This document shows, piece by piece, positions 29,333 to 38,855 of a stretch of DNA of 64,000 bases. Numbering within the stretch: position 1 is the stretch's first letter; each line of letters begins with the position of its first letter. The stretch is taken from contig JAUNNH010000004.1 of assembly GCA_030531505.1 (NCBI GenBank), forward strand, positions 71,584 through 135,583, in the 5' to 3' direction. The DNA is from Eubacteriales bacterium. GTDB lineage: Bacteria; Bacillota; Clostridia; Oscillospirales; Oscillospiraceae. Under the pieces are notes generated by a model that was given only the letters and a program-made list of their open reading frames with translations, did no database searches and had not been told where the DNA came from. Position numbers and translations under genes: made by a program.

Positions 29333-30411
29333 GCTATATCGTTCCCATCGGCCCGTATCATCCCTCGCTGGAGGAGCCGATCCACGCCCGCCTGTACACC
29401 GAGGGCGAGGTCATCCAGGACGCGGAGGTCTTCGTCGGCTATAACCACCGCGGCATCGAGAAGCTGGCCACCGAGCGCAACGCCATCCAGACCCTGGTGC
29501 TGGTCGAACGTGTCTGCGGCATCTGCTCCCATTCCCACGCCCTGACCTACGCTATGGCGGTCGAGGCGATCAACGGCATCGAGGTTCCCAAGCGCGGCGA
29601 GTATATCCGCGTTATCACGGCCGAGCTCGAGCGGCTGCACTCCCACCTGCTGTGGGCGGGCATCGCCTGCCACATCATCGGCCACGACAGTCTCTTCATG
29701 CACATCTGGGATGAGCGCGAGCTGGTCATGGATCTGCTGGAGAAGCTCAGCGGCAACCGCGTCAACTACGCTATGGTGACCATCGGCGGCTCCCGCCGCG
29801 ACATCGACGACGATCTGCGCCGGGAGATCCTCGAGGGCTGCGAAAAGCTGAAGACCATCCTCGACCGCATCGCCGTCATCGCGACCACCGACAAGACCAT
29901 CGCCATGCGCACCAAGGGCGTCGGCGTGCTGCCGCGCGAGGACGCGCTGCGGCTCGGCGCTGTCGGCCCCCATGCCCGTGCCTCCGGCGTGGACATCGAC
30001 GTGCGGCGTGACGCGCCCTACTGCTCCTACGGCGATTTCGACTTCGACATCCCCGTCGTGCCCGACGGCGACGTCTTTGCCCGCGTGCTGGTGCGCGTGC
30101 TCGAGTGCTACGAGAGCATCAAGATCCTGCAGCAGGCGCTGGAGAATCTGCCCGCAGGGCCCATCAACCTCGGCAACAAGCTGCCCAAGATCAAGGAGGG
30201 CCAGGCCGTCGCCCGCCACGAGGCGCCGCGCGGTCAGCTCAGCCACATGGTTGTGGGCAACGGCGGCCTGACCAACCACCGCGTCAGCATCCACGTGCCG
30301 AGCTTCAAGAATACCCCGACCATCCCCTTCATGCTGCGCGGCAACACCGTGGCCGACGCCGGCCTCATCATCGCCAGCATCGACCCCTGCTTCAGCTGCC
30401 TCGACCGCTGA
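29329..30411 (+). CDS. group-4 [NiFe] hydrogenase large subunit (MbhL/EchE/NuoD-like)
   Basis: The N-terminal Ni-binding motif is RVCGICSHSH and the C-terminal motif is DPCFSCLDR, placed directly at the stop with no protease-cleaved tail. Confidence 0.9.
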   Translation: MSYIVPIGPYHPSLEEPIHARLYTEGEVIQDAEVFVGYNHRGIEKLATERNAIQTLVLVERVCGICSHSHALTYAMAVEAINGIEVPKRGEYIRVITAELERLHSHLLWAGIACHIIGHDSLFMHIWDERELVMDLLEKLSGNRVNYAMVTIGGSRRDIDDDLRREILEGCEKLKTILDRIAVIATTDKTIAMRTKGVGVLPREDALRLGAVGPHARASGVDIDVRRDAPYCSYGDFDFDIPVVPDGDVFARVLVRVLECYESIKILQQALENLPAGPINLGNKLPKIKEGQAVARHEAPRGQLSHMVVGNGGLTNHRVSIHVPSFKNTPTIPFMLRGNTVADAGLIIASIDPCFSCLDR

Positions 30412-30414
30412 GCC

Positions 30415-30756
30415 ATGCACGAGCTGTCACTGGCCAACGGCATCCTCGGGATCATACGCACCGAACAGGCGAAAAACGGCTTTGAGCGCGTGCTGGAGGT
30501 CTCCCTCAAGGTGGGGGAGTATTCCGGCATCGTGCCCCGCTGTCTGGAGGAGTTCTTCCCCATCGCCGCTGAGGGAAGCTGTGCGCAGAGCGCCAGGCTG
30601 CACATCGAGGTGCTGCCCGCCTTGTTCCGCTGCGCCGACTGCGGCTTTGAGGGCCGCCCGGACCGGGAGCGAGCCTGCTGCCCGTCCTGCGGGGGCGAGC
30701 ATATCCGGATGGTGTCGGGCCGGGAATTCTACGTCGAAAACTTGGTTGTCGAATAA
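30415..30756 (+). CDS. hypA: hydrogenase nickel insertion protein HypA
   Basis: It has the MHELS N-terminus (Ni site) and the zinc motifs CADCG...CPSCG. Confidence 0.9.
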   Translation: MHELSLANGILGIIRTEQAKNGFERVLEVSLKVGEYSGIVPRCLEEFFPIAAEGSCAQSARLHIEVLPALFRCADCGFEGRPDRERACCPSCGGEHIRMVSGREFYVENLVVE

Positions 30757-30759
30757 ATA

Positions 30760-31329
30760 ATGCGCGAATACCCACAAACGTTTTCCGAAAGGAGTAGATG
30801 CCTTTTGCAAAAAGCAAAGTTTCCTGCCATCGCGGCCACCTTTGTTGTGTGCTTTGTCTTTTGGATCCTGTTGGACTTTTCCTTCAAGATCGAGGAGCTG
30901 ATCGCCGGCGCCGTGGTGAGCCTGCTGGTGGCGCTGTTCTCCGCGCGTTTCTTCATCCACGAGAACGCCGGCTGGTTCTGCAATCCCGTGCGCTTTTTCT
31001 CTGCGATCTTCTTCTGGTGCGGGACCTTTATCGCGGAGTTGATCAAGGCCAATGTGGACATGGCCAAGCGCTGCTTCGGCGGCTGCAAGAACATCAACCC
31101 CGGCATCGTCAAGATCCCGGTGGATCTGAAGTCGGACTACGGCCAGGCGGCTCTCGCCAACGCCATCACCATGACCCCCGGCACCATCACCCTGGACATC
31201 GCCGAGGACCGGGACGGCAAGACCTGGTACTACATCCACTGGATCGACGTGGCCACCGCCGAGCCCGAAACGGCCGGTGAGGCCATCAAAGGCCGGCTGG
31301 AGAGAGGCTTGAGGAGGGTTTGGCAATGA
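30760..31329 (+). CDS. Mrp/Mnh antiporter subunit E-like (MbhA-equivalent)
   Basis: Two N-terminal TMs plus a soluble domain; assigned from position and size within the Mrp module. Confidence 0.7.
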   Translation: MREYPQTFSERSRCLLQKAKFPAIAATFVVCFVFWILLDFSFKIEELIAGAVVSLLVALFSARFFIHENAGWFCNPVRFFSAIFFWCGTFIAELIKANVDMAKRCFGGCKNINPGIVKIPVDLKSDYGQAALANAITMTPGTITLDIAEDRDGKTWYYIHWIDVATAEPETAGEAIKGRLERGLRRVWQ

Positions 31330-31610
31330 GCGATTTTGTGATCTTCGCAGTCTTCTTTGCCGCGCTGGCGATCCTGAACCTGATCCGTGTGATTCTCGGT
31401 CCCACGCCTGCCGACCGGCAGGTCGCCGGCGACAACGCCGATATCCTCATCACCTGTGCGCTGGTCCTCTTCTCGCTCTTCAGCGGGCGCGCGGTCTACC
31501 TGGATATCGCCATCATCAGTGCCATGCTCGGCATCATCGATACGATGCTGGTCGGCCGTTATCTTGACAGAGGGAGGTGGCATTACGATGCTGATTCGGA
31601 TCATAGCTGA
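31320..31610 (+). CDS. Mrp/Mnh subunit F-like (MbhB-equivalent)
   Basis: A 96-aa, 3-TM protein containing ...GPTPADR..., typical of MnhF. Confidence 0.72.
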   Translation: MAMSDFVIFAVFFAALAILNLIRVILGPTPADRQVAGDNADILITCALVLFSLFSGRAVYLDIAIISAMLGIIDTMLVGRYLDRGRWHYDADSDHS

Positions 31611-31932
31611 TCTGCTTCTGCTGATCGGCGCGGTCTTTGCGCTGGCCGGCACGATCGGCGTGCTGAAAATGCCGGACACCTACTCCCGCATGCAGGCCAG
31701 CACCTGCATCTCCACGCTGGGGATCCTCTGCGTCGGTCTCGGCGCGCTGGTCTACGCGATCTTCGGGATGCACAGCGCCTCCGCCGCCATCAAGATCGGC
31801 GTCATCGTCCTGATGATCTTTGTGACCAACCCCGTCGGCTCCCACGCGATCATCAAGGGCGCCTACCGGGCCGGCTTTCGCCCCGAAAAGCGGATGGAAG
31901 TGGACGAGTTCAGGAGGGATTTCGATGAGTAA
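31588..31932 (+). CDS. Mrp/Mnh subunit G-like (MbhC-equivalent)
   Basis: From the internal ATG at 31588 it reads MLIRIIADLLLLIGAVFALAGTIGVLKMPDTYSRMQAST, the MnhG signature. Confidence 0.8.
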   Translation: MLIRIIADLLLLIGAVFALAGTIGVLKMPDTYSRMQASTCISTLGILCVGLGALVYAIFGMHSASAAIKIGVIVLMIFVTNPVGSHAIIKGAYRAGFRPEKRMEVDEFRRDFDE

Positions 31933-32179
31933 TCTGATCGTTGTTCTGAATGTCCTGGTAGTCCTGGGCATGGTGATCGCCGCGATCCTTGCGGTGCACT
32001 TCGAGAAGCTGCTGTCCTCCGTCATCGCCTTGTGCGTGACCGGCGTTTTCGCCGCGGCGGCCTTCCTGCTGCTGCACGCGCCCGACGTGGCCATCTCCGA
32101 GGCCGCGGTCGGTGCGGCCCTGACCCCGCTGATCTTCATCGTGGCCCTCAAAAAGATTCGAGGAGGGGACGATAAATGA
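31925..32179 (+). CDS. small membrane subunit (MbhD / DUF4040, MnhB N-terminal-like)
   Basis: An 84-aa, 3-TM protein containing APDVAISEAAVGA, as in DUF4040. Confidence 0.7.
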   Translation: MSNLIVVLNVLVVLGMVIAAILAVHFEKLLSSVIALCVTGVFAAAAFLLLHAPDVAISEAAVGAALTPLIFIVALKKIRGGDDK

Positions 32180-32529
32180 AAAAATATCTTACCTATGTCA
32201 GCCTCGCGGTGATCCTCTTCGCCTGTGTGTTCGCCGCGGTGAACCTCGCCTCCATGCCGCGCACCTATGAAGGGCAGAACGCCCCCGTCTCCGTCTATGA
32301 GCTGCAGCAGGATCCCGCGTCCTATGACGACAGCCAGGCCGACGGCGCGGCCGGCGCGATCATCCAGCAGAACCTGGAGAAGGCCCATGCCGTGAACGAC
32401 GTCACGAGCATCGTCTTCGACTTCCGTGGTTACGATACCATGGGCGAGGCCTTTATCCTGATCACCGCCGTCGCCGGCGCCGTGGTCATCCTCTACAACA
32501 AGAAAAAGGAGGGGAAGAGCGATGAATGA
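32176..32529 (+). CDS. small membrane subunit (MbhE-equivalent)
   Basis: It has an N-terminal TM and FDFRGYDTMGEAFILITAV, as in the MnhB-associated subunit. Confidence 0.65.
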   Translation: MKKYLTYVSLAVILFACVFAAVNLASMPRTYEGQNAPVSVYELQQDPASYDDSQADGAAGAIIQQNLEKAHAVNDVTSIVFDFRGYDTMGEAFILITAVAGAVVILYNKKKEGKSDE

Positions 32530-32983
32530 GAACCTCCGCATCAAGCGCGTGATCCAGCGCTGCGGCTGTGACGCCGTCCTCCCCTTCGCCCTGGTGTACA
32601 TCCTGTACATCATCCTGCACGGCCACCTCTCCCCGGGCGGCGGCTTCCAGGGCGGCGTGCTGATGGCCGGCGTGGTCATCCTGCTCTACCTGGGCCACGG
32701 GTTCGAGGCCACGGTGGACGCGCTGAGCTATCACACCCTGCACAAGAGCGAGGGCGTCGCCTCGGTGGCCTATGTGGCCCTGGCCCTGATGGGCGTGGCC
32801 GCCGGCGCGCAGTTCTGCCAGAACATCCTCTATACGCATGGCAGCATCGGCGATCTCTACAGCTCCGGTACGATTTTCTGGATGAACGTCGTCGTCGGCG
32901 TGAAGGTCATCACCGGCATCGGATCCATTTCCCTGCTGATGATCAGCCTCCTGGCCGGCAAGGACATCGATACGACGGATTGA
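32522..32983 (+). CDS. Mrp/Mnh subunit B-like (MbhF-equivalent)
   Basis: The MnhB core HGHLSPGGGFQGG is present. Confidence 0.8.
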   Translation: MNENLRIKRVIQRCGCDAVLPFALVYILYIILHGHLSPGGGFQGGVLMAGVVILLYLGHGFEATVDALSYHTLHKSEGVASVAYVALALMGVAAGAQFCQNILYTHGSIGDLYSSGTIFWMNVVVGVKVITGIGSISLLMISLLAGKDIDTTD

Positions 32984-32984
32984 G

Positions 32985-33344
32985 GTGGATGATATGATAC
33001 TGTTTAATTACATAGCCTCCTTTTTCCTGATCGTGCTGGGCCTGTACTGCATCGTGGTCAAGTACAACCTGGTCAAGACGGTCATCGGCCTGTCCATCCT
33101 GGACTATGGCGTGAATCTGCTCATCATCACCATCGGCTTCAACCCCGGCGGCACCGCCCCGATCTTCACCAAGGGCGAGCTGACCCCGGCCAGCTACTTC
33201 GTCGATCCCATCCCCCAGGCCCTCACCCTCACCAGCATCGTCATCGGCGCCTGCGTGACCGCTATGTCCCTGGCGCTGGTCATCAAGCTGGAGGAGCAGT
33301 ACGGTACGATCGACACGCGTGAGATAAGGAGGCTGAGAGGATGA
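32985..33344 (+). CDS. Mrp/Mnh subunit C / NuoK-like (MbhG-equivalent)
   Basis: A 3-TM protein with ...DPIPQALTLTSIVIG..., typical of NuoK/MnhC. Confidence 0.8.
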   Translation: MDDMILFNYIASFFLIVLGLYCIVVKYNLVKTVIGLSILDYGVNLLIITIGFNPGGTAPIFTKGELTPASYFVDPIPQALTLTSIVIGACVTAMSLALVIKLEEQYGTIDTREIRRLRG

Positions 33345-35257
33345 ATATGCTTAGTCTCCAGCATTTCCCGATCTATTCGATCATGGTGCTCTTCCTGGGC
33401 GCTTTCCTGATCGTCATTTTCGGGCATAATAAGACGGTGCGTCACGGCGTCGCGCTGCTGGCCACCTGCGCCTCCATGCTCTTCATGATGGCGCTCATCA
33501 AGCCCGTCATGCTCGGCGGGGAGATCATCACCTACTGGATGGGCAACCGCGTCCCCGCCGGCGGCTATGCCATCGGCATCGCCCTCGAGGTGGACGCCCT
33601 GAGCCTGTTCTTCGGGCTGCTGGTCTCCACGGTGGTCTTTGTCGCCTGCATCTACTCGATCCAGTACATGAGCCATGACGACAATGTCCCCCAGTACTAC
33701 ACGCTCTTCCTCATGCTCGCCGGCGGCGTCATGGGCATGGTCCTCACGGGCGACCTCTTCAACATGTTCATCATGGTGGAGATCCTCACCTTCGCGGCCG
33801 TGGCCCTCACCGCTTTCCGCAACACGGTGACCGGCGCGCTCGAGGCGGCCTTCAAGTATCTGGTGGTCGGCAGCATCGGCTCGACCTGCATCCTGGCCGG
33901 TACCATCGTGCTCTACGCCCAGATGCACACCCTGAACCTCGGCCAGCTCGCGGCGCTGATCCCCGATCATATCACGAGCGCCACCAAGCTCGCCTTTGCG
34001 CTGCTCTTCATCGGCTTCTGCACCAAGGCCTTCCTGGTGCCCTTCCACCCGCTCGCGGCGGACGCGCACGGCGCGGCTCCCGCCTCGATCTCGGTACTCA
34101 TCTCCGGTGTGCTGACCAAGTCCGGCATCTACGGTCTGATCCGGCTGACCTATTTCCTCTTCCAGACCATGGGTCTTGGCACGCTGCAGTTCTGGCTGGT
34201 GTTCCTCGGCAGCGTGAGCATGTTCGTCTGCGTGACGATGGCGCTGGCCCAGCATGACTTCAAGCGTCTGCTGGCCTTCCACTCCATCTCCCAGATCGGC
34301 TACGTGCTCGCCGCGGTGGGCCTCTCCACGGCGCTCGGCATCTCCGCCGGCGTCTACCACGCGATGAACCACACCATCTTCAAGGGCCTGCTCTTCCTGG
34401 CGGCCGGCGCGGTCCTGCATGAGACCGGCACCACCGACCTCGGCAAGCTCGGCGGCCTCTCAAAGAAGATGCCCGTCACCACGGTCATGTTCCTCATCGG
34501 CGCCTTCTCCATCAGCGGCATCCCGCCCTTCAACGGCTTCGCCTCCAAGTGGATGATCTACCAGGCGAGCTATCAGAAGGCCGTGGAGTCGAACAACATC
34601 GGCTTTATGCTGGTGACGATCTGTGCGCTGGTCACCTCCACGCTGACCCTGGCCTCTTTCGTAAAGGTCACGCAGTCTGTGTTCTTCGGGCAGCTCCCGA
34701 AAGAGTACGAGAACGTGAAGGAAGTGCCCTTCGGCATGCGCCTCGCCATGGGGATCCTGGCGGCGCTGTGCATCGTGACGGGCCTTGTCCCGAACTATGT
34801 CACCCGCTTCCTGACCGAGCCCGCGGCGAAGGCCGTCTACCACGTCGGCGCCTATATCAACAGCGCTATGGGCGCGGGCTACGCCGAAAATGTGATGCAG
34901 ACCGTCCCGCTCGCGGCGGAGCCGGCCTTCGTCCAGCAGGGCGTGTGGAGCCCGGTCTCCTGGCTGTGCCTGCTGATGATCGCCCTGCTCGCCCTCACGG
35001 TCGTCGCCACCTCCTCCAAGTATGACAAGGTCAGCCTCGGCGAGGCGGGCGACACCAAGTACCAGCTCTTCTACGGCGGCGAGGCGAACTTCTACTCCCA
35101 GGTCGGCAGCGACGACCTGTTCTGGGGCTTCAAGCACAACTGGCGGCACTACTTCTCGTTTATGCATGAGCTGCACAGTGGCGTTGTGAACGACTATGCG
35201 CTCTGGGCCGTGGTGGCCCTCGCGCTGGCGATTCTTTACGCCCTGGTGGTACTGTAA
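33341..35257 (+). CDS. Mrp subunit D / NuoL-M-N-like proton-translocating subunit (MbhH-equivalent)
   Basis: A 638-aa polytopic protein. The antiporter-like core is present (FNMFIMVEILTF, HAAPASISVLISGVLTKSG, LLAFHSISQIGY). Confidence 0.9.
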   Translation: MNMLSLQHFPIYSIMVLFLGAFLIVIFGHNKTVRHGVALLATCASMLFMMALIKPVMLGGEIITYWMGNRVPAGGYAIGIALEVDALSLFFGLLVSTVVFVACIYSIQYMSHDDNVPQYYTLFLMLAGGVMGMVLTGDLFNMFIMVEILTFAAVALTAFRNTVTGALEAAFKYLVVGSIGSTCILAGTIVLYAQMHTLNLGQLAALIPDHITSATKLAFALLFIGFCTKAFLVPFHPLAADAHGAAPASISVLISGVLTKSGIYGLIRLTYFLFQTMGLGTLQFWLVFLGSVSMFVCVTMALAQHDFKRLLAFHSISQIGYVLAAVGLSTALGISAGVYHAMNHTIFKGLLFLAAGAVLHETGTTDLGKLGGLSKKMPVTTVMFLIGAFSISGIPPFNGFASKWMIYQASYQKAVESNNIGFMLVTICALVTSTLTLASFVKVTQSVFFGQLPKEYENVKEVPFGMRLAMGILAALCIVTGLVPNYVTRFLTEPAAKAVYHVGAYINSAMGAGYAENVMQTVPLAAEPAFVQQGVWSPVSWLCLLMIALLALTVVATSSKYDKVSLGEAGDTKYQLFYGGEANFYSQVGSDDLFWGFKHNWRHYFSFMHELHSGVVNDYALWAVVALALAILYALVVL

Positions 35258-35271
35258 AGGAGGGGCGTGAA

Positions 35272-36297
35272 ATGGCAATGATTTTAGAGGCACTGCGTTA
35301 CCTGGTCTATGTGCTGATTTTCCCGGGCTTCCTCTTCTGCTTTATGACCGGCCTCCTGCTCTGCGGCATCGACCGAAAGCTGGTCGCCCGCATGCAGAAA
35401 CGCGTCGGCCCCCCGATCCTGCAGCCCTTCTATGATTTCTTCAAGCTCTGCGGCAAGGAGACGATCGTCCCTGCCGCGGCCAACCGCACCGTGTTCCTGC
35501 TGGCCCCGCTGGTCGGCCTCGCGGCGCTGGTGGTCATCCAGCTCTTTATCCCCGTCTTCCGTTTCGCCGCCTTCAAGGGCGTCGCGGACGTGATCGTCAT
35601 CCTCTACCTGCTGCTGATCCCGGCTCTGTCGGTGATCCTGGGCGGCGCGGCCTCCGGCTCCCCCTATGCGGGCGTCGGCCTGAGCCGTGAGATGGTGACC
35701 ATCCTCGCCTGCGAGCTGCCGCTGCTGCTGGTGCTGCTCGCGATCGGCAAGGTCGTCGGCGCGGCGCTCGGCACGGGTGTGTGCTTCTCGCTGACAAAGA
35801 TCGTCGATTACCAGATGGCCAACGGCAGCCTCATCGGAAAGCTCAGCATGATCCCGGCGGCAGTGGCCTTCCTGCTGGTGATCCCCGGCGAGACCGGCAA
35901 CCACCCCTTCGACGCGGCCGAGGCCGAGACGGAGATCTGCGAAGGCCCGCTGGCCGAGTACAGCGGCGCGCCCCTCGGCGTGTACAAGCTGAGTCACGCG
36001 GTGAAGATGCTCACCATGACGAGCCTCTTTGTGGCGCTCTTCCTCGGCGGTATCGGCACAGGCATCGAGAATCTGGTGTTCCAGTTGGGTCTGGCCGGCG
36101 GCGCTGCCGGCGCGGTGGCCTTCCTGCTGGAGATCGTCGTGCTCTTCCTGCTGTGCGCGGTGCTGACTTTCCTGTGCATCTCCGTGGTCCACGCCGTCAC
36201 GGCGAGACTGCGCATCGAGCAGCTCTTCAAGTATTACTGGACCGTGGTCGCCGGCCTGGCGCTCATCAGTCTTGTCCTGGCCTGGTACGGCCTGTAA
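35272..36297 (+). CDS. NuoH/HycD-like membrane subunit (MbhM-equivalent)
   Basis: The NuoH signatures RKLVARMQKRVGP and PFDAAEAETEI are present. Confidence 0.85.
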   Translation: MAMILEALRYLVYVLIFPGFLFCFMTGLLLCGIDRKLVARMQKRVGPPILQPFYDFFKLCGKETIVPAAANRTVFLLAPLVGLAALVVIQLFIPVFRFAAFKGVADVIVILYLLLIPALSVILGGAASGSPYAGVGLSREMVTILACELPLLLVLLAIGKVVGAALGTGVCFSLTKIVDYQMANGSLIGKLSMIPAAVAFLLVIPGETGNHPFDAAEAETEICEGPLAEYSGAPLGVYKLSHAVKMLTMTSLFVALFLGGIGTGIENLVFQLGLAGGAAGAVAFLLEIVVLFLLCAVLTFLCISVVHAVTARLRIEQLFKYYWTVVAGLALISLVLAWYGL

Positions 36298-36310
36298 GGA
36301 GGGAACGCCC

Positions 36311-36754
36311 ATGTTTAAGAATCTGATCAAAGAGAGCACCGGCAAGTCCCCCTGGCTGTTCCATATCAACGCCGGCTCCTGCAACGGCTGCGACATCGAG
36401 CTCGTCTCCGTGCTGACCCCGCGCTACGATGCGGAGCGCCTCGGCTTCAAGCTCGCCGGCAGCCCGCGCCACGCCGATATCGTCGTCGTCACCGGACCCA
36501 TCACGGCCCAGTCGCTCGACCGTGTCCTGCGCACCATTTCCCAGGTCCCCGAACCGCGCTGTATCGTCACGATGGGCTCCTGCCCGCAGTCCGGCAACGT
36601 CTTCCGCGGCAGCTATTCCATCGCGGGACCGCTCAGCAAGTATGTACACGTGGATGTGGATGTGGCCGGCTGTACGCCCAAGCCCGAGGCCGTGATCGAC
36701 GGCCTGGCGCTTGCCACCAAGATCCTGGAGGAGAAAAGGGGGCAGATGAAGTAA
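36311..36754 (+). CDS. [NiFe] hydrogenase small subunit, NuoB-like (MbhJ-equivalent)
   Basis: The NuoB Fe-S ligands GSCNGCDIE...GSPRHADIVVVTGPIT...GSCP are present. The internal ATG is at 36311. Confidence 0.9.
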   Translation: MFKNLIKESTGKSPWLFHINAGSCNGCDIELVSVLTPRYDAERLGFKLAGSPRHADIVVVTGPITAQSLDRVLRTISQVPEPRCIVTMGSCPQSGNVFRGSYSIAGPLSKYVHVDVDVAGCTPKPEAVIDGLALATKILEEKRGQMK

Positions 36755-37449
36755 TGGATTTCCCGTTTCTCAAAGAGGCTGTAAACGGCCTGTTCAGCAA
36801 ATCGAGCTGCGCGATGTATCCCGCGGTCCCCAGTGAGGCGGCGCCGAATTACCGCGGCCGCATCGTCTACCACCCGGACAAGTGCATCAACTGCATGCTC
36901 TGTGAGCGCGTCTGCTCCGGCAACGCCATCACCCACACCGTCGAGAAGACCGAAGAGGGCGACAAGATCACCCGCACCTTCTATCTCGGCTCCTGCACTT
37001 TCTGCGCCACCTGCATGGACTTCTGCGGCCACGGCGCCATCGAGTTCACCCGCGATTATCATATGATCGCCACCAAGGAGGAGGACCTGATGGTCTCCGG
37101 CAGCTTCATCAAGAAGCCGCCCGTGAAGAAGCCCGCGCCGTCCAAGCCCGCCGCCGCGCCTGCCCCGAAAGCGGAGGAGCAGGAGGTGGAGGCCTGCAAG
37201 CCGGCCGAAGCCGCGAAGGCGGAGGAAAAGAGCGCGGAGGCACCTGCCCCGGCCATTCAGCCGCGCGACGACGGCAAGCCCGTCCAGGATCCCTCCAAGT
37301 GCGTCTACTGCACGATCTGCGCAAAGAAGTGCCCCGCCGGGGCGCTGACGGTGGACCGTGCGGCGAAGACCTGGGTCCTCGACGAGGATCTCTGCGTCGG
37401 CTGCGGCACCTGCGCCGGCGTCTGCCCGAAGAAGGCCATCGTCATCTGA
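36754..37449 (+). CDS. 4Fe-4S ferredoxin-type subunit (MbhN/NuoI-like) with Ala/Pro/Lys-rich linker and extra C-terminal ferredoxin module
   Basis: Cys motifs CINCMLCERVC and CTFCATCMDFC are followed by a low-complexity linker, then CVYCTICAKKCP and CVGCGTCAGVCP. Confidence 0.8.
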   Translation: MDFPFLKEAVNGLFSKSSCAMYPAVPSEAAPNYRGRIVYHPDKCINCMLCERVCSGNAITHTVEKTEEGDKITRTFYLGSCTFCATCMDFCGHGAIEFTRDYHMIATKEEDLMVSGSFIKKPPVKKPAPSKPAAAPAPKAEEQEVEACKPAEAAKAEEKSAEAPAPAIQPRDDGKPVQDPSKCVYCTICAKKCPAGALTVDRAAKTWVLDEDLCVGCGTCAGVCPKKAIVI

Positions 37450-37463
37450 ACACTATCGCACCA

Positions 37464-37496
37464 GAAAGCCCGGCTGTACGCCGGGCTTTCTTTTTT
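37464..37496 (+). terminator. rho-independent terminator ending the hyp-mbh operon
   Basis: The stem gaaagcccgg/ccgggctttc is followed by tttttt. Confidence 0.85.
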
Positions 37497-37503
37497 CGGC
37501 ATA

Positions 37504-37532
37504 TTGACGCTCTTTCCCAACTGTGTTATATT
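37504..37532 (+). promoter_or_regulatory. candidate sigma-A promoter for the CNNM gene pair
   Basis: TTGACG, a 17-nt spacer and TATATT. Confidence 0.55.
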
Positions 37533-37571
37533 ACAAGGTAATTTGATTCAAAAGGAGATGGATATCCTACC

Positions 37572-38855
37572 ATGGATGATGGCAGTCGATTGCCATGGAT
37601 CATAGCGATCGTGCTACTGTTTTGCGCGGCGTATTTCGGCGTGGCCGAGACGGCCTTTGCCTCCGCCTCGCGCAATAAAATAAAAACCGCTGCCGAGCGG
37701 GGGGATCCGCGCGCCCGGAGCGCGCTCTTCGTCCTGGACCACTTTGACCGGGCCGTGACGACGATCCTGATCGGCACCAATATCGTGCATCTCGCTGTTG
37801 CGTCTATCGTCACGGTGGCGGTCACCCGCCGCTGGGGTCTGAGCGCGGTCTCCGTCAGCACGATCCTTACCACCCTTGTGGTCTTCTTCGCGGGAGAAAT
37901 GCTGCCAAAGAGCATCGCCAAGAAGTACCCGGAGCGTTTTTCCAAGGCGACGGCCGGGTCGCTGCGCGCGCTCATGACGCTGTTTTACCCCCTCTCCGCC
38001 GCTCTGACCTGGATCGGGCAGGGCGCGGCGAAGCTCACAAAGGGCGACGCGGAGATCTCTGTGACCGAGGACGAGCTTTACGACATCATCGAGGATATGA
38101 CCGAGGAGGGCACGCTGGATGAGGAGCAGGGCGACCTGATCTCATCCGCGCTGCAGTTTGGCGAGGTGACGGTCGAGAGCGTGCTGACGCCGCGTGTGGA
38201 CCTGGTGGCCATCGATATCGCCGACTCTCTGGAGGAAATCCTGGCCTGCATCAAGTCCACCAACCACAGCCGCCTGCCCGTGTATGAGGGCAGCGTCGAC
38301 AATATCATCGGGGTGCTGCAGATTCGCCGCTTCATCAAGGCCTATCTGCGCCAGGGCGACGCGCTGGAGTTGCGTCCCCTGCTGGACGAGGTCTTTTTCG
38401 TCCACCAGAGCACGAACATCGATGAGCTGCTGCCTGTCATGTCCAAGCGCCGGCAGAATATGGCCGTCGTCACCGACAACTACGGCGGCACGCTCGGCAT
38501 CGTCACGGTCGAGGACATCCTCGAGGAGCTGGTGGGCGAGATATGGGATGAGGACGACGTGGTCGAGGAGACCGTCGTCGATCTGCCCGACGGCAGTATC
38601 GAGACCGACGCCGACGAGTCCGTGAGCGATGTGTTCGAGCATCTGGGCTTCGAGGATCCGGAGGAGGACGAGGAGCTGGTGAACACTCTCATGGGCGAGT
38701 GGGCCTATGAGCAGTTCACGGCCATCCCGCAGCCGGGGGACAGCTTCCGTTATCACGAGCTGGAGATCACGGTGACCGAGATGGAGCATAACCGCATCCG
38801 CAAATTAAAGGTCGTCCGGCTCCCCGAGACCGAGGAAGGGGGCGAGGAGACATGA
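37572..38855 (+). CDS. CNNM/TlyC-family protein (DUF21 membrane domain, CBS pair, CorC_HlyC)
   Basis: The DUF21 N-terminus has a conserved AETAF/ASASRNK pattern. The CBS region contains IGVLQIRRF and the C-terminal transporter-associated domain is present. Confidence 0.9.
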   Translation: MDDGSRLPWIIAIVLLFCAAYFGVAETAFASASRNKIKTAAERGDPRARSALFVLDHFDRAVTTILIGTNIVHLAVASIVTVAVTRRWGLSAVSVSTILTTLVVFFAGEMLPKSIAKKYPERFSKATAGSLRALMTLFYPLSAALTWIGQGAAKLTKGDAEISVTEDELYDIIEDMTEEGTLDEEQGDLISSALQFGEVTVESVLTPRVDLVAIDIADSLEEILACIKSTNHSRLPVYEGSVDNIIGVLQIRRFIKAYLRQGDALELRPLLDEVFFVHQSTNIDELLPVMSKRRQNMAVVTDNYGGTLGIVTVEDILEELVGEIWDEDDVVEETVVDLPDGSIETDADESVSDVFEHLGFEDPEEDEELVNTLMGEWAYEQFTAIPQPGDSFRYHELEITVTEMEHNRIRKLKVVRLPETEEGGEET

